A DNA stretch of 64,000 nt, taken from Gammaproteobacteria bacterium. Lineage in GTDB: Bacteria > Pseudomonadota > Gammaproteobacteria > GCA-001735895. The stretch is taken from NCBI GenBank assembly GCA_050298595.1, contig JBNKUM010000094.1:128001-192000 (forward strand), in the 5' to 3' direction. Positions 49,355 through 59,669 of the stretch are shown in pieces (within the stretch, counting starts at the first letter, position 1; each line of letters starts with the position of its first letter). The notes beneath the pieces were generated by a model, which searched no databases, was not told the origin of the DNA, and was given only the letters and a program-made list of their open reading frames with translations. A program made the position numbers and the translations under genes.

Positions 49355-49516
49355 AGGAGCCTGTCGGATTTTGGATGAATCTACTGCGGAAAAGGCATTT
49401 TGGCCAAAAATCCAATCATTTTCGTTAAATAGGCTCACTATTCGACTCAAATGATCGAAATATTTGACTCAAAATGCCATTCCCTCGCTGCGATCACCTA
49501 AACCCGACAGTATTCT
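49355..49516. mobile_element. MITE (about 162 bp) with degenerate terminal inverted repeats
   Basis: Left aggagcctgtcggattttgg vs reverse complement of right end agaatactgtcgggtttagg (15/20); inner IR ggcattttg..caaaatgcc; non-coding. Confidence 0.7.
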
Positions 49517-49651
49517 GGCCAGTGCTTTTTAAGTTGCTGACTGCAAGGAATCCAGGCTAATGACAGCCTTTGATGTGGTGGTGATCTTCAGGGGTTAAAG
49601 TACAGATAAAAATTTGAGCGCCACCTGCTCAACAGGTTTATCAGAGGGGGG

Positions 49652-50170
49652 CTAGTCCTCCTGATGTTTCATCTCCCTGGCCAGTTGCTCCAGTTCCTGT
49701 AAGCGTTTCCATGCTATGTCATTAGCACCTGGGCCGGCAGTAGGTAACATATCTCGTGGTCTAAGCTCTCTTCCATCCAGAGCATGGACGCGGATAGGAC
49801 TAATTGGCTGGCCGCTTTCTTTATCTCGAAAAACGATGGGTTCATTACCTTCGCCATAAATCCATTTGTCGCCCCATTGGGTTAGAGCAATGAGTAATGG
49901 CATCAATTCTTTACCTTTATTGGTCAGGATATACTCATGGCGTTTGGCGCCCTCTTTGATAGGTACGCGTTCCAGAATATCATTGTCACACAGTTTTTTA
50001 AGGCGAGACGTCAGGATGTTGCGAGCAATTCCAAGATGGCGTTGAAATTCTTCGAAACGGTGGACACCAAAAAATGATTCACGGATTATCAGCATAGACC
50101 AGCCTTCTCCGATGATCTCCAGTATATGAGCAATAGACCCGTTTAGCGGGTCAAAGCGTTCCATTTTCAT
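49652..50170 (-). CDS. HxlR-family winged-helix regulator
   Basis: IIGEGWSMLIIRE, RFEEFQRHLGIARNILTSRLKKL, EYILTNKG..L.P.L.ALTQWG. Confidence 0.9.
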   Translation of the reverse strand: MKMERFDPLNGSIAHILEIIGEGWSMLIIRESFFGVHRFEEFQRHLGIARNILTSRLKKLCDNDILERVPIKEGAKRHEYILTNKGKELMPLLIALTQWGDKWIYGEGNEPIVFRDKESGQPISPIRVHALDGRELRPRDMLPTAGPGANDIAWKRLQELEQLAREMKHQED

Positions 50171-50313
50171 ATGATTTGAGTGAGTTCTTTTAAAGTTGGC
50201 AGCTATCCTATAGTTTTATTAAGAAACTGTAAATATTTCTCAGCCTTTTCGGGTTCATTTTTTGTTCAGCATTGGTGGCTCAAACTGTCACAAATCATAA
50301 TCAGGATACTTCA

Positions 50314-50853
50314 ATGAAAACTTCAATGGCCTTAATGATACCAGCTTTGCTGGCTATGCCTCTTGCGCAAGCTGACTTATACGTTGAGTTAGGTGCAGAA
50401 AGTGGCTCGAAAGAATTAATTGCTACTAGCAATGGAGATAACATTTACAGTGGAGGGGGTGTTAAGGTAGCAGCAGGTGTTCAAAATTATATTAATTATG
50501 ATACCTCTATTCGGCTGACACTGGGTTATCTGGGAGACTCGGTGGATGCAACGAATGGACACGCAGCAATAAATACGGTAACTTTTGACGCGCTGTATCT
50601 GGTCAACTCTGGCCTGCATACCTTCGGCATTGGTCCCACCGTCCATATGAGTCCGAGTTATCACGATAATGTGTCGGGTTATACTCCCGTAGATATAGAG
50701 TTCGATAATGCAGTAGGACTTATGTTTCAATACGGTTATAAATTAGTTCCGGGTATTGAAATTGGGGCTCGAGTTACCAATATCGAATATGTCAATAATG
50801 CAACTACGCTTGATGCAAGCAGTTTTGGAGTATATTTGTCGAATGGGTTTTAA
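50314..50853 (+). CDS. Small outer-membrane beta-barrel protein
   Basis: Signal peptide (..PLAQA), alternating beta-strand pattern, C-terminal Phe; start inferred at MKTSM. Confidence 0.7.
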   Translation: MKTSMALMIPALLAMPLAQADLYVELGAESGSKELIATSNGDNIYSGGGVKVAAGVQNYINYDTSIRLTLGYLGDSVDATNGHAAINTVTFDALYLVNSGLHTFGIGPTVHMSPSYHDNVSGYTPVDIEFDNAVGLMFQYGYKLVPGIEIGARVTNIEYVNNATTLDASSFGVYLSNGF

Positions 50854-51238
50854 AATTGATGAGCGCTTGATCGCTGACTGCAATGTGCTGCTGGAGCAGG
50901 ATGATATAAGCTTTCTATTTCATAATAATGCCGATGTATTGTGGTTCATTCTGGTGCCGCATACCGATGCGGTTGAGTTTTACCAGTTGTCTATGCAGCA
51001 ACAGCACAATATTTGTGCACAGATTAATCGCGTCAGTGAGTTGATCAACAACAATTTTCAGTTCGATAAGCTTAATGTTGCGACTATAGGTAATGTGGTT
51101 TCTCAAATGCATATCCATATCGTAGCCAGGCGAAAAGATGATCCTTACTGGCCGGGTGTGGTTTGGGGACAGACTGTACGAAATCAACATGATGCATCGT
51201 TTATTGATCGGGTACGCAGCCTGATAGTAAGTTGTTAA
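50843..51238 (+). CDS. HIT-family protein
   Basis: MGFKIDERL..., WFILVP, KLNVATIGNVVSQMHIHIVAR...WPGVVWG; real start at ATG 50843. Confidence 0.88.
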   Translation: MGFKIDERLIADCNVLLEQDDISFLFHNNADVLWFILVPHTDAVEFYQLSMQQQHNICAQINRVSELINNNFQFDKLNVATIGNVVSQMHIHIVARRKDDPYWPGVVWGQTVRNQHDASFIDRVRSLIVSC

Positions 51239-51326
51239 CTGCCTGTATTGGTCCCAGTTTTACATTGACATTTCACAGTCAAAGTATACAAATAGAACAT
51301 TGATATTTCTCTAGAAGCTGATTTTT

Positions 51327-52562
51327 ATGCATTACATTAACCCCGATATCTCAACGCTGAAGCGGTTGCGTCCACTTAGCCAGTTTACTGATGAGCATTT
51401 ACAAACACTTGCCAATCAGCTCCAGCTTAAGACAGCGCGAAAAAAGGAGAAACTTATCGAGCTGGGTTGTACAGATGATTACAGCTTGTTTGTGATTGAA
51501 GGTGAAGTGACTCTGAAAGCCCGCGACGGAAAAGTTCAGGAGCTGAGTTTTGACCAGAAACAGGAGCTTAACCCCATTGCTCAGCTACGCCCCTGTATCT
51601 ATGATGTAATCGCGACCAGTCAGCTTACCTATCTGAAGATAGATAAACACCTGCTCACTCAGTTTGCACAGCTAATGGAACAGGGGGAAGACGTGGATGA
51701 TATAAGCGTGCATATGTTTGAAGGGGATGTTAATGCTAACAGTTTAACCATGCATCTGTATCAGGACCTGATAGAAGATAAAATCACACTACCCAGTTTG
51801 CCCGAGGTCGCGCATAAAATTCAGCAGGTATTTAACAGTGAAGATGTTAATGCTGATAAAGTAGCCCAGGTATTGCTGGCCGACCCGGCGATGACGGGAA
51901 AACTGATCCGGGTAGCCAATAGTGCCCTGTATCGAGGCGTAGCTCAGATTGATACGCTACAGGCGGTAGTGGTTCGACTGGGTATGGATACTACTTATAA
52001 GCTGGTGATGACCTACGCAATGAATGAGCTGTTTAAAAGCCATTCTGAGTATGTGTCAAAACGTATGCATCAGTTATCGATGCATAGTCGAAAGGTTGCA
52101 GCAATCACTCGTGTGCTGGCTGAGAATAGTAAAAAATTCGACCCTGAGCAGGCTATGTTAGCTGGGCTTGTACATGACCTTGGGGTCATTGTTATCCTGA
52201 ATTACATCGACCTTCATAACGAGGAATTATCCGACACTCAGCAGTTGGAGCAAACCATTGTGACCATGCGCCCCCAGATTACCGGCATGCTGATGCAGAA
52301 ATGGAATTTCACCGATGAGATTATTCGTGTAGCCGAAGAGTGTGAGGACTGGTTTAGAAATCCAGAGGAAGAGGCAGACCTGTGTGATCTGGTCATGGTC
52401 GCTCAATATCACAGTATGATGGGTACGCCGGAGATGAAGTCATTACCACCGATTAGCACTTTACCCGCTATGGTTAAACTCCATATGGGGCCGACGGAAA
52501 GTATCGAACTGATCAAGCAATCGCGTGAGAAAATCGCTGAAATAGAGAAATTATTACAATAG
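51327..52562 (+). CDS. cNMP-binding domain plus HDOD-domain signalling protein
   Basis: N-terminal CAP-like domain; LPSLPEVA, DPAMTGKLIRVANSALY, AGLVHDLG, KWNF. Confidence 0.85.
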   Translation: MHYINPDISTLKRLRPLSQFTDEHLQTLANQLQLKTARKKEKLIELGCTDDYSLFVIEGEVTLKARDGKVQELSFDQKQELNPIAQLRPCIYDVIATSQLTYLKIDKHLLTQFAQLMEQGEDVDDISVHMFEGDVNANSLTMHLYQDLIEDKITLPSLPEVAHKIQQVFNSEDVNADKVAQVLLADPAMTGKLIRVANSALYRGVAQIDTLQAVVVRLGMDTTYKLVMTYAMNELFKSHSEYVSKRMHQLSMHSRKVAAITRVLAENSKKFDPEQAMLAGLVHDLGVIVILNYIDLHNEELSDTQQLEQTIVTMRPQITGMLMQKWNFTDEIIRVAEECEDWFRNPEEEADLCDLVMVAQYHSMMGTPEMKSLPPISTLPAMVKLHMGPTESIELIKQSREKIAEIEKLLQ

Positions 52563-52681
52563 TTCGCCGAAATAACCTTAACTTCATCAAGTTTGCTCTG
52601 TTTTTCGGTGCCATCCCTTTCATCGCCCGTTTGTTTTCTGTATGGTGTGGGGCTCTTTTACTAGTACAGACCTAAAACATC

Positions 52682-53170
52682 ATGAATATAGCAGACAACC
52701 ATGTCGTTACCCTGAATTACACCCTGACCGATAACGATGGCGAAATCATAGACCAGGCCAACGACGGCAGTTTTGTTTACCTGCATGGCGCAAGTAACAT
52801 TATCCCTGGACTGGAAAAGGAATTAACCGGTAAGGCAGTAGGTGATCAGCTGAACGTTAAGGTCTCACCTGATGAAGGATATGGTCAGCGTAATGAAGCA
52901 CTGGTTGAAGAAGTACCACGTGAAATGTTTCCAGAAGGCGATGGTGTTCAGGCCGGTATGGTATTTCACGCTGAAGGGCCAGGCGGCGAATTAATCACTG
53001 TCACTGTGCTTGAAGTGGGTGAAGAAACCGTAAAGATCGATGCCAATCATGCCCTGGCTGGAATCGAGCTTAACTTTGAGGTTGAAGTTATGGGTATCCG
53101 CGAAGCAGAAGCGGTTGAGCTGGAACATGGACATGTACACGGACCTGATGGACATCACCACGACCATTAA
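52682..53170 (+). CDS. slyD: FKBP-type peptidyl-prolyl isomerase SlyD
   Basis: YLHG..NIIPGLE, DANHALAG..LNFEVEV, His-rich tail HGHVHGPDGHHHDH. Confidence 0.95.
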   Translation: MNIADNHVVTLNYTLTDNDGEIIDQANDGSFVYLHGASNIIPGLEKELTGKAVGDQLNVKVSPDEGYGQRNEALVEEVPREMFPEGDGVQAGMVFHAEGPGGELITVTVLEVGEETVKIDANHALAGIELNFEVEVMGIREAEAVELEHGHVHGPDGHHHDH

Positions 53171-53175
53171 GTTGT

Positions 53176-53208
53176 AGTCAGTAGCCCAGGATCTCTGGGC
53201 TACTGACT
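53176..53208. repeat. Perfect 14-bp hairpin containing GTAG/CTAC (REP-like or terminator)
   Basis: agtcagtagcccag-gatct-ctgggctactgact just after slyD. Confidence 0.6.
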
Positions 53209-53506
53209 CACTATTCTCCACTGCTCCCCTCTTTTTTTATCACTAAACAGGTCTTTCTCCAGGCATTTCCTGTAATGGTGAGCACATAAGCTTAATCTGA
53301 ATTAATAAATCATCTATTCAGCTACCTTTTTCCCGCTAATAATTGGCTGTAACAAAATTTAACAAATCCATTTTAGTTTTCTGATGCATTCAAACTGGAA
53401 AAAAGATATAAAGCTCTGGTTCGTAGTGTTTTTCCCATTCCCTGGGATTATTTTTATTAAAAACCTCAGGGGCATATAGCTAATTATTATATAGACAGGA
53501 GATATC

Positions 53507-54328
53507 ATGTTTGAAAAATTAGACATAACAAAATTGACTGAGACCTACGTTATACCCTGGGGTATCAATATTGCGCTTGCTCTGCTTGTCTTTCTGGTTG
53601 GTAAATTTATCGTCAATCTTTTAACCGGTCTGTTACGCAAAGTTCTAACCAAATCGAAGATGGATTCAATTCTGGTTGAATTCGTATCATCTATTTTCAA
53701 AACTGTCCTGATGCTGTTTGTGGTGATAGCCGCACTAGATCGTTTAGGGGTTGAAACAACTTCTCTTATCGCATTGTTAGGTGCTGCTGGACTGGCTATT
53801 GGCCTGGCGCTTCAGGGTTCTTTGCAGAATTTTGCAGCAGGTGTCATGCTGATTGTTTTTAGACCGTTCAAGGCAGGTGATTTTGTCGAAGCTGGTGGAG
53901 TAGCCGGTGTGGTGGAATCAATCAGTATCTTTAGTTCAATTTTTCGCACCGGTGATAATCGCGAAGTGATTATTCCTAACGGTTCTATCTATGGTGGCAC
54001 CATTACTAACTATTCGGCGCGCGCGACCCGTCGTATAGATATGGTATTTGGTATTGGCTATGACGATGACATCAAGAAAGCCAAGGAACTGCTGCAGAAG
54101 GTAGTGACGTCTGATGAAAGAGTGCTGGCTGATCCAGCTCCGGTGATTGCAGTCTCTGAACTGGCGGATTCTTCGGTTAACTTTGTGGTTCGACCCTGGG
54201 TTAATACAGCTGATTACTGGGCGGTGTTATGGGATTTAACTGAGAAGGTTAAGCTGGAATTTGATGCCAATGGCGTATCTATTCCTTATCCTCAGATGGA
54301 TGTGCACCATCCTGACAAGGCTGCTTAA
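53507..54328 (+). CDS. mscS: Small-conductance mechanosensitive channel
   Basis: LGAAGLAIGLALQGSLQNFAAG, FRPFKAGD, IPNG, SIPYPQMDVH. Confidence 0.95.
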   Translation: MFEKLDITKLTETYVIPWGINIALALLVFLVGKFIVNLLTGLLRKVLTKSKMDSILVEFVSSIFKTVLMLFVVIAALDRLGVETTSLIALLGAAGLAIGLALQGSLQNFAAGVMLIVFRPFKAGDFVEAGGVAGVVESISIFSSIFRTGDNREVIIPNGSIYGGTITNYSARATRRIDMVFGIGYDDDIKKAKELLQKVVTSDERVLADPAPVIAVSELADSSVNFVVRPWVNTADYWAVLWDLTEKVKLEFDANGVSIPYPQMDVHHPDKAA

Positions 54329-54349
54329 TTTATTTTAGGTAGATAAATT

Positions 54350-54385
54350 AAGCCCTGCTCATGTAGTATGAGTGGGGCTTTTTTA
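54350..54385. terminator. Rho-independent terminator after mscS
   Basis: aagccctgctcat-gtagt-atgagtggggctttttt. Confidence 0.8.
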
Positions 54386-54396
54386 TGGGAGATTAT

Positions 54397-55092
54397 TTAG
54401 TCATCCTTAAGTGCGAAATCTACTGCAGCCTGAGCGTGTATGGCAGTAGTATCAAATAATGGAATACTGGTATCTGACTGTTTAACCAGTGAGGTTATTT
54501 CAGTGCAGCCAGCGATAATGCACTCAGCTCCCTTATTTACCAGGTCGTCGATAATGTTCAGGTAGTTCTGACGTGAAACCTTGTTAATTTCGCCATGACA
54601 CAATTCATTAAAAATCACTTCATCAACGAGCTTGCAGGATTCGTCGTCGGGAATAATCACTTCTAAACCATTATCCTGTAGATGTGATTTATAGTAATCC
54701 ATCTGCATGGTAAAACGGGTACCCAGTAATCCCGTCGAGCTGTAACCCTGACCCTTGATAGCTTTAGCGGTAGCATCGGCTATATGCAGAATCGGGATGT
54801 GAATATATTCCTGAATGATCGGTACCGAGATATGCATAGTGTTAGTGCCAATGATTAAAAAGTCAGCGCCAGCCTGCTGCAGCTTTAATGCCTGCTGCGC
54901 AAGTATCTCTCCAGCCTCATCCCATGCGCCCTTTTTTTGCAGTTCAGCGATTTCGGCAAAATCCACACTGGACATTAAAATCCTGGCGCTATGAAAACCG
55001 CCCAGTCGTTGCTGTATCCCTTCATTTAACAACTGGTAATACAGGGCACTGCTGTGCCAGCTCATGCCGGCCAGTAATCCTATCGCTTTCAT
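54397..55092 (-). CDS. Aspartate/glutamate racemase (YgeA-like)
   Basis: GLLAGMSW.SS..YY, TNTMH, GLLGTRFTM, AGCTEI, FDTT.IHA. Confidence 0.9.
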   Translation of the reverse strand: MKAIGLLAGMSWHSSALYYQLLNEGIQQRLGGFHSARILMSSVDFAEIAELQKKGAWDEAGEILAQQALKLQQAGADFLIIGTNTMHISVPIIQEYIHIPILHIADATAKAIKGQGYSSTGLLGTRFTMQMDYYKSHLQDNGLEVIIPDDESCKLVDEVIFNELCHGEINKVSRQNYLNIIDDLVNKGAECIIAGCTEITSLVKQSDTSIPLFDTTAIHAQAAVDFALKDD

Positions 55093-55763
55093 ATGGTTTG
55101 CTCCGCTTTTAATATGGGCAGAATTTCATCAAAGGTATGAATCGCCTGAAAATGCTCAACGTCTTTTTTGGCTGCCTTCGAGTCAGGTTGATAGATCGCA
55201 AGCAGATTGGCGATGCCGTATTGCTCGGCAGACTTCAACACGTTCAAATTATCATCTACCAGCAGTGTGCGCATACGATCAAATGGATGGATTCTATTCA
55301 CCTCATCCCAGCAGGCAATGTTTTCCTTAGGCAGGGAAAACTCATGTACGGTAATCATTCGGTCGAATTTATGTGCCAGGCCGGTTTTGTCCATCTTCAG
55401 GTTCAGACTGTCGTGGTGTGCATTAGTCACCATCACAATGTCTTTTTCGGCGGCTTTCAGCCCATCCAGAAATTCATGGCAAAAAGGCACTTCCTGCACC
55501 CGGTGACGTACCTCGTGTTTAAGCGCTACCACATCTATACCCAGTGCCTCGGTCCAGTAAGTGGTGCTGTACCATTCCAGCGTGCCCTCCAGGGCGCGAG
55601 TCTTTGCATTGATGGATGCTTTGGCCTGCTCTGGGTCGAGACCAAACTCCTGCGCATAACGTTCAGGCAGGTATTCCAGCCAGAAGTAATTATCGAAATT
55701 CAAATCCAGCAAAGTGCCATCCATGTCCAGTAGCACGGTATCAATCTGGGTCCAGTTGAGCAT
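55089..55763 (-). CDS. yrfG: GMP/IMP nucleotidase (HAD)
   Basis: IDTVLLDMDGTLLDL.FDN.FW, VTNAH, PKE, VDDN; divergent from nudE. Confidence 0.9.
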   Translation of the reverse strand: MLNWTQIDTVLLDMDGTLLDLNFDNYFWLEYLPERYAQEFGLDPEQAKASINAKTRALEGTLEWYSTTYWTEALGIDVVALKHEVRHRVQEVPFCHEFLDGLKAAEKDIVMVTNAHHDSLNLKMDKTGLAHKFDRMITVHEFSLPKENIACWDEVNRIHPFDRMRTLLVDDNLNVLKSAEQYGIANLLAIYQPDSKAAKKDVEHFQAIHTFDEILPILKAEQTI

Positions 55764-55827
55764 AGTTATCAGTGATCATTTTTAAAGAGGTTATAATCGC
55801 ATAATTAAGTGAGGGCCTGTTAACACT

Positions 55828-56379
55828 ATGAAGCAAAAACCTGAAATCAAACGTATTACAGAATTGGCAAAGTCACGCCTGTTCGCCATACAGCAGCTGG
55901 ATTTACAGTTTTCTAATGGAGTACAGGTTCAGTTTGAACGCATCAAGGCGAATGCCGGGCGAGCAGTGATGGTGGCGGCGATTACCGCCCAGAATGAGAT
56001 TATTCTGATACGCGAATATGCTGCGGGAACCGAGCGTTACGAGTTGCAATTACCCAAGGGTATAGTGGAGCCGGATGAAGATAGCATACAGGCGGCTAAC
56101 CGCGAGCTATCGGAAGAGACGGGTTATGCGGGCAGGGTGTCTAAAATGTTGCAGACTCTGCGTGTCTCTCCTGGTTATTTTCAACATGAAACCGATCTGG
56201 TGATGTTGACGGAGCTGTTTGAAAACAAACTGGAAAGTGGTGATGAGCCAGAGCCACCAGAAGTGATCAAATACCCATTGGCAAAAGTGGATGAACTGCT
56301 GGGTCGAGATGACTTTAGCGAGTCGCGCAGTATTGCCGGGTTGTTGCTGGTGATGCGAGAGCTGCGTATTCCAGGTTAA
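55828..56379 (+). CDS. nudE: ADP-compounds hydrolase NudE
   Basis: SRLF.IQQLDLQFSNG, REYAAG..RYEL.LPKG, AANRELSEETG (Nudix), GDEPEP. Confidence 0.93.
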   Translation: MKQKPEIKRITELAKSRLFAIQQLDLQFSNGVQVQFERIKANAGRAVMVAAITAQNEIILIREYAAGTERYELQLPKGIVEPDEDSIQAANRELSEETGYAGRVSKMLQTLRVSPGYFQHETDLVMLTELFENKLESGDEPEPPEVIKYPLAKVDELLGRDDFSESRSIAGLLLVMRELRIPG

Positions 56380-57440
56380 TCAATCAGTCCCGCTTCTTTC
56401 TCAAATTTCTTTAACACGATCCCCTCCGAACCACAGCAACTGGCAGTACATTTATTCATCCGTTTAACTTCATCAGCAGACTTACCCAGCCAGTCATCCA
56501 CAGTGGCGTTTTCAGAGGCGCAATCGCAGCTGATATCAGTATGAGCATACACATGCTTCAAACCGATCTCACTCGCCTGTTGAGCGGCTATGTCGATGAT
56601 TTCATGCGGGGTTTGCGGTACATGCGATAACTGATACGCCGGGAAGAATTTGGTGACATGCCAGGGGCTATCCTCACCCAGGTTATCGCGTATCCATTCG
56701 GCAATGGCCTTTAACTCAGCCGGGTCATCATTCTTACCAGGAATAACATTGGTACGCGTTTCGACATGTATACCCAGGTCGTGCGCCTTTTTGATCGATG
56801 CTAGTACCTGGCGCACATCACTCACCGGGCACACATCTTTATAAAACTCATCCGACAGACTTTTAATATCCGAACACAAAACATCGATATAGGGAGCCAC
56901 CTCTTCCAGTGCCTCGTTGGTAACAAAGCTATTGGATACATAAACCGTGTACAGCCCCGCCTCCTTTGCCAGCTTGCCGACATCGATAACATACTCCATC
57001 CACACTGCCGGTTCTGAATAGGTGAATGCAATACCATCAGCACCATGCTTTTTCGCCAGCTCGATAATCTCTTCTGGCTTTACCCAGGCATCGGTGGACT
57101 CACCGCGTGCCAGCTTGTCCAGAGCTTCCACGCCCCATGAGATATCGAGGTTATGGCAACCCTTGCAACGGAAGTTACAGCCATAGCTACCGATAGACAT
57201 CACCCTGGAGCCGGGACGATAGTGATACACGGGCTTATTCTCTATAGCCTCTACATCAATGGCTGAGATAATGCCGTAAGAAAGGTTATACAGGGTTCCG
57301 TGACGGTTAACATGAGACTGGCAAAAACCACGCTGGCCATGACGCAGGTGGCAGCGCCACAGGCACAGGTTACACACGGTATCACCGTTATCCAGTGGGG
57401 TTTGCAGGCGAGTCTCAATCAGTTGGTAATTTTCAGGCAT
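56376..57440 (-). CDS. AmmeMemoRadiSam-type radical SAM enzyme
   Basis: N-terminal C..C...C...GFC, IENKP.YH, GCNFRCKGCHN (CxxxCxxC), IAFTYSEP, PWH..FFPAY; Cys-rich C-terminal tail. Confidence 0.85.
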   Translation of the reverse strand: MPENYQLIETRLQTPLDNGDTVCNLCLWRCHLRHGQRGFCQSHVNRHGTLYNLSYGIISAIDVEAIENKPVYHYRPGSRVMSIGSYGCNFRCKGCHNLDISWGVEALDKLARGESTDAWVKPEEIIELAKKHGADGIAFTYSEPAVWMEYVIDVGKLAKEAGLYTVYVSNSFVTNEALEEVAPYIDVLCSDIKSLSDEFYKDVCPVSDVRQVLASIKKAHDLGIHVETRTNVIPGKNDDPAELKAIAEWIRDNLGEDSPWHVTKFFPAYQLSHVPQTPHEIIDIAAQQASEIGLKHVYAHTDISCDCASENATVDDWLGKSADEVKRMNKCTASCCGSEGIVLKKFEKEAGLID

Positions 57441-57576
57441 GGAATAAATCCGGGGTTGGGGATGTCATGTTTCTATCTGACTCTAACACAGAATCAGCAA
57501 ACTTGTTTGTTGTGTAAAAGATGATCAATAATAGTCAGTTATAGCCATATATTAAACATATTGTAAAAGAGGTCTT

Positions 57577-58083
57577 ATGAAAAAGTTACTGCTAAGTGTT
57601 CTGTTTTTATTCGGTTTTTCACTGAATGCACAGGCACAGGAAATGTTCGAGCTATCCGAAAACTGCTCTGAAGACGTCATGAATATGATCAAGTGCAAGG
57701 TAGCTGAAGATGTTTCAGCTGATGACGCCATCGACTCCATGAAGCTACGCGCCAACTTTCTGAATTTTAAACTGGTAGGGCATATGCCATTATCAGAGCA
57801 GGTAAAGGCCAACGGTGGCGAATCCAACCGTATGGAAATCTTCCAGTTCTGCGATGCTAATATCGCCGCCAAAATGGTCAGGTACAGCATGGCATTCGCA
57901 GGCTATCTGCCCTGCCGAATCTCACTGGTACTGGATGACAAGGGCCAGGCCTGGCTGATCACTCTGAATATGGACAAAACCATGGGCGATGCCTCCTTAC
58001 CCAAAGAGTTACAGGGGCTAGGCATGAAGGTCAGAAACAATATCTACTCGATCATTACTGCCGGTGCAGAAGGCGATCTGTAA
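57577..58083 (+). CDS. DUF302-domain periplasmic protein
   Basis: Signal peptide; IFQFCDA..A, YLPCRI motifs. Confidence 0.82.
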   Translation: MKKLLLSVLFLFGFSLNAQAQEMFELSENCSEDVMNMIKCKVAEDVSADDAIDSMKLRANFLNFKLVGHMPLSEQVKANGGESNRMEIFQFCDANIAAKMVRYSMAFAGYLPCRISLVLDDKGQAWLITLNMDKTMGDASLPKELQGLGMKVRNNIYSIITAGAEGDL

Positions 58084-58158
58084 GTAGCCCCTAAGAAAGT
58101 GCGGCAAAGGCCAGAGCCGCACAACTCTAGTTAATACTTGCTTCGAGACAGTCAAAAT

Positions 58159-58240
58159 ACCCAGGTAGCTCAGTTGGTAAAACAGAGAAGGGTTAAAATA
58201 TTTCTCACAAAATCAATTGCTTATCGGCCCCTGGGTTCAT
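58159..58240 (+). pseudogene. Degenerate tRNA-Phe copy
   Basis: Leader gcttcgagacagtcaaaat identical to that of the intact tRNA; 5' acccaggtagctcagttggta and 3' cggcccctgggt; T-arm lost. Confidence 0.7.
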
Positions 58241-58562
58241 AACAATTTTCATGTGGTAAAAAATCTGAAAAGGTCCGCCGACATGTTGCACGCTATTGGC
58301 GGAAAATGCTCAATAATTGCGATCAAGAAGGCCTGTCGCCAGAGAAGTATTCCAGAAAGACAGGATACTCTATCCTTTACAGCGACCAGAGCTAGTGATT
58401 CCATATTCGAAGCTACAAGCGGTTGCTGTGTGGTGAACTAATGATTGAAGAGCTTAGTACGCTAGCAGTGGTGCACCGAAAGCTGATCATAAGGATGATA
58501 ATCCGCGCGTAACGTTCTATGGGAATTGGCGGCGGGTGACTGCTTACAATGCCCGGCTGTGA

Positions 58563-58701
58563 TGTAAAGTTTCCTGACAAATCATCAATCAAAACCGTAA
58601 AAAATTTTTACATTTTAGGTGGTAAAAAATTCACTATATTGAAGTTCAAGGTAAAATTTGGCTTGACATCTAGGTAGTGTTTATGCTGGCTTAATTCTTG
58701 C
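58563..58701 (+). promoter_or_regulatory. Sigma-54 promoter with paired enhancer sites
   Basis: TGTAAAGTTTCCTGACA (58563-58579), CGTAAAAAATTTTTACA (58596-58612); tGGcttaattcttGC with GG at 58688 and GC at 58700. Confidence 0.75.
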
Positions 58702-58738
58702 CTTATATATTATGTCGTAAACGAAAAAGGGTATATTC

Positions 58739-59428
58739 ATGAAAAATGTATTAAAAAATATTTTATTTCTTGGACTGATTTACTCTGGAATTTCTAGTGC
58801 GGTTATAATTGATTTTGCTGGGGGGACAGCTTACTTATCAGATGGTACAAGTGTTTCAACAAGCGATACCATGTCTCCACTTTATTATAGTAATGTGGAT
58901 TACTATATTGAAGATGGGGTTAAATTTGACTTTGTCGGGGGGTATGGAATTGTTGGTCGCTACTATGATTCATTCAGCCATCCAGAAATAGAGAACAGTG
59001 TTATCCATGCACACTGGAATGCAGTAAAATCGATGGTTATTTCTATGGTCGATGGCTCGCTGTTTGATTTAAATTATATAGACTTAACCTCTAATACAAC
59101 TGTAGGAGGAGGGACAGCAACTGGAACTGAGCTTTCTTATATTTCTACAAATAGTGGCGATTCTGAGCTACTTCCTTCAAGTGATTGGGGTATTGACTAT
59201 ATATCTACTGGGGCAGCTGGTGATGGCATTGAACGGTTGTTTTTAGGTAATGAGTTTGATGGACTGTTGTCAGCTACTTTTACATCTGATAATGCATACT
59301 GTTTTGGTTTAGATAACTTTTATATTAATGAACCAGCACCTCCAATTCCTGAGCCAGCAATTATTTCTCTGTTTGTCCTGGGGCTGGCAGGATTAGGCTT
59401 ATCTCGTAGAAGAAAGATCATGAAGTAA
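58739..59428 (+). CDS. PEP-CTERM sorting-domain protein
   Basis: Signal peptide; IPEPAIISLFVLGLAGLGLSRRRK; low GC. Confidence 0.92.
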   Translation: MKNVLKNILFLGLIYSGISSAVIIDFAGGTAYLSDGTSVSTSDTMSPLYYSNVDYYIEDGVKFDFVGGYGIVGRYYDSFSHPEIENSVIHAHWNAVKSMVISMVDGSLFDLNYIDLTSNTTVGGGTATGTELSYISTNSGDSELLPSSDWGIDYISTGAAGDGIERLFLGNEFDGLLSATFTSDNAYCFGLDNFYINEPAPPIPEPAIISLFVLGLAGLGLSRRRKIMK

Positions 59429-59459
59429 TTGCTATTCCTGGTATAGCTGTTTTATTTAT

Positions 59460-59487
59460 CAAGCCGCCTCAATTTTGGGGTGGCTTG
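59460..59487 (+). terminator. Hairpin after PEP-CTERM gene
   Basis: caagccgcctc-aatttt-ggggtggcttg. Confidence 0.55.
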
Positions 59488-59589
59488 TATCTTATCTAAA
59501 AATGTCCATAACCTTCAGAATCAAATGTCCAGTAAAGTGCGGATATTTTTAATGATCAGTTTTTTTATATTATGATTTTTAAAACTGAC

Positions 59590-59618
59590 TTGACTCGAGC
59601 CGCACAACTCTATTTAAT
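59590..59618 (+). promoter_or_regulatory. Sigma-70 promoter of tRNA-Phe
   Basis: TTGACT-17 bp-TTTAAT followed by GC-rich discriminator acgcgc. Confidence 0.75.
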
Positions 59619-59669
59619 ACGCGCTTTCCAAAATTCTGAATCGAACACTCGCTTCGAGACAGTCAAAAT

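Noticed and set aside
55137-55733. 198-aa plus-strand ORF
   Set aside because: Antisense to the well-supported yrfG gene.
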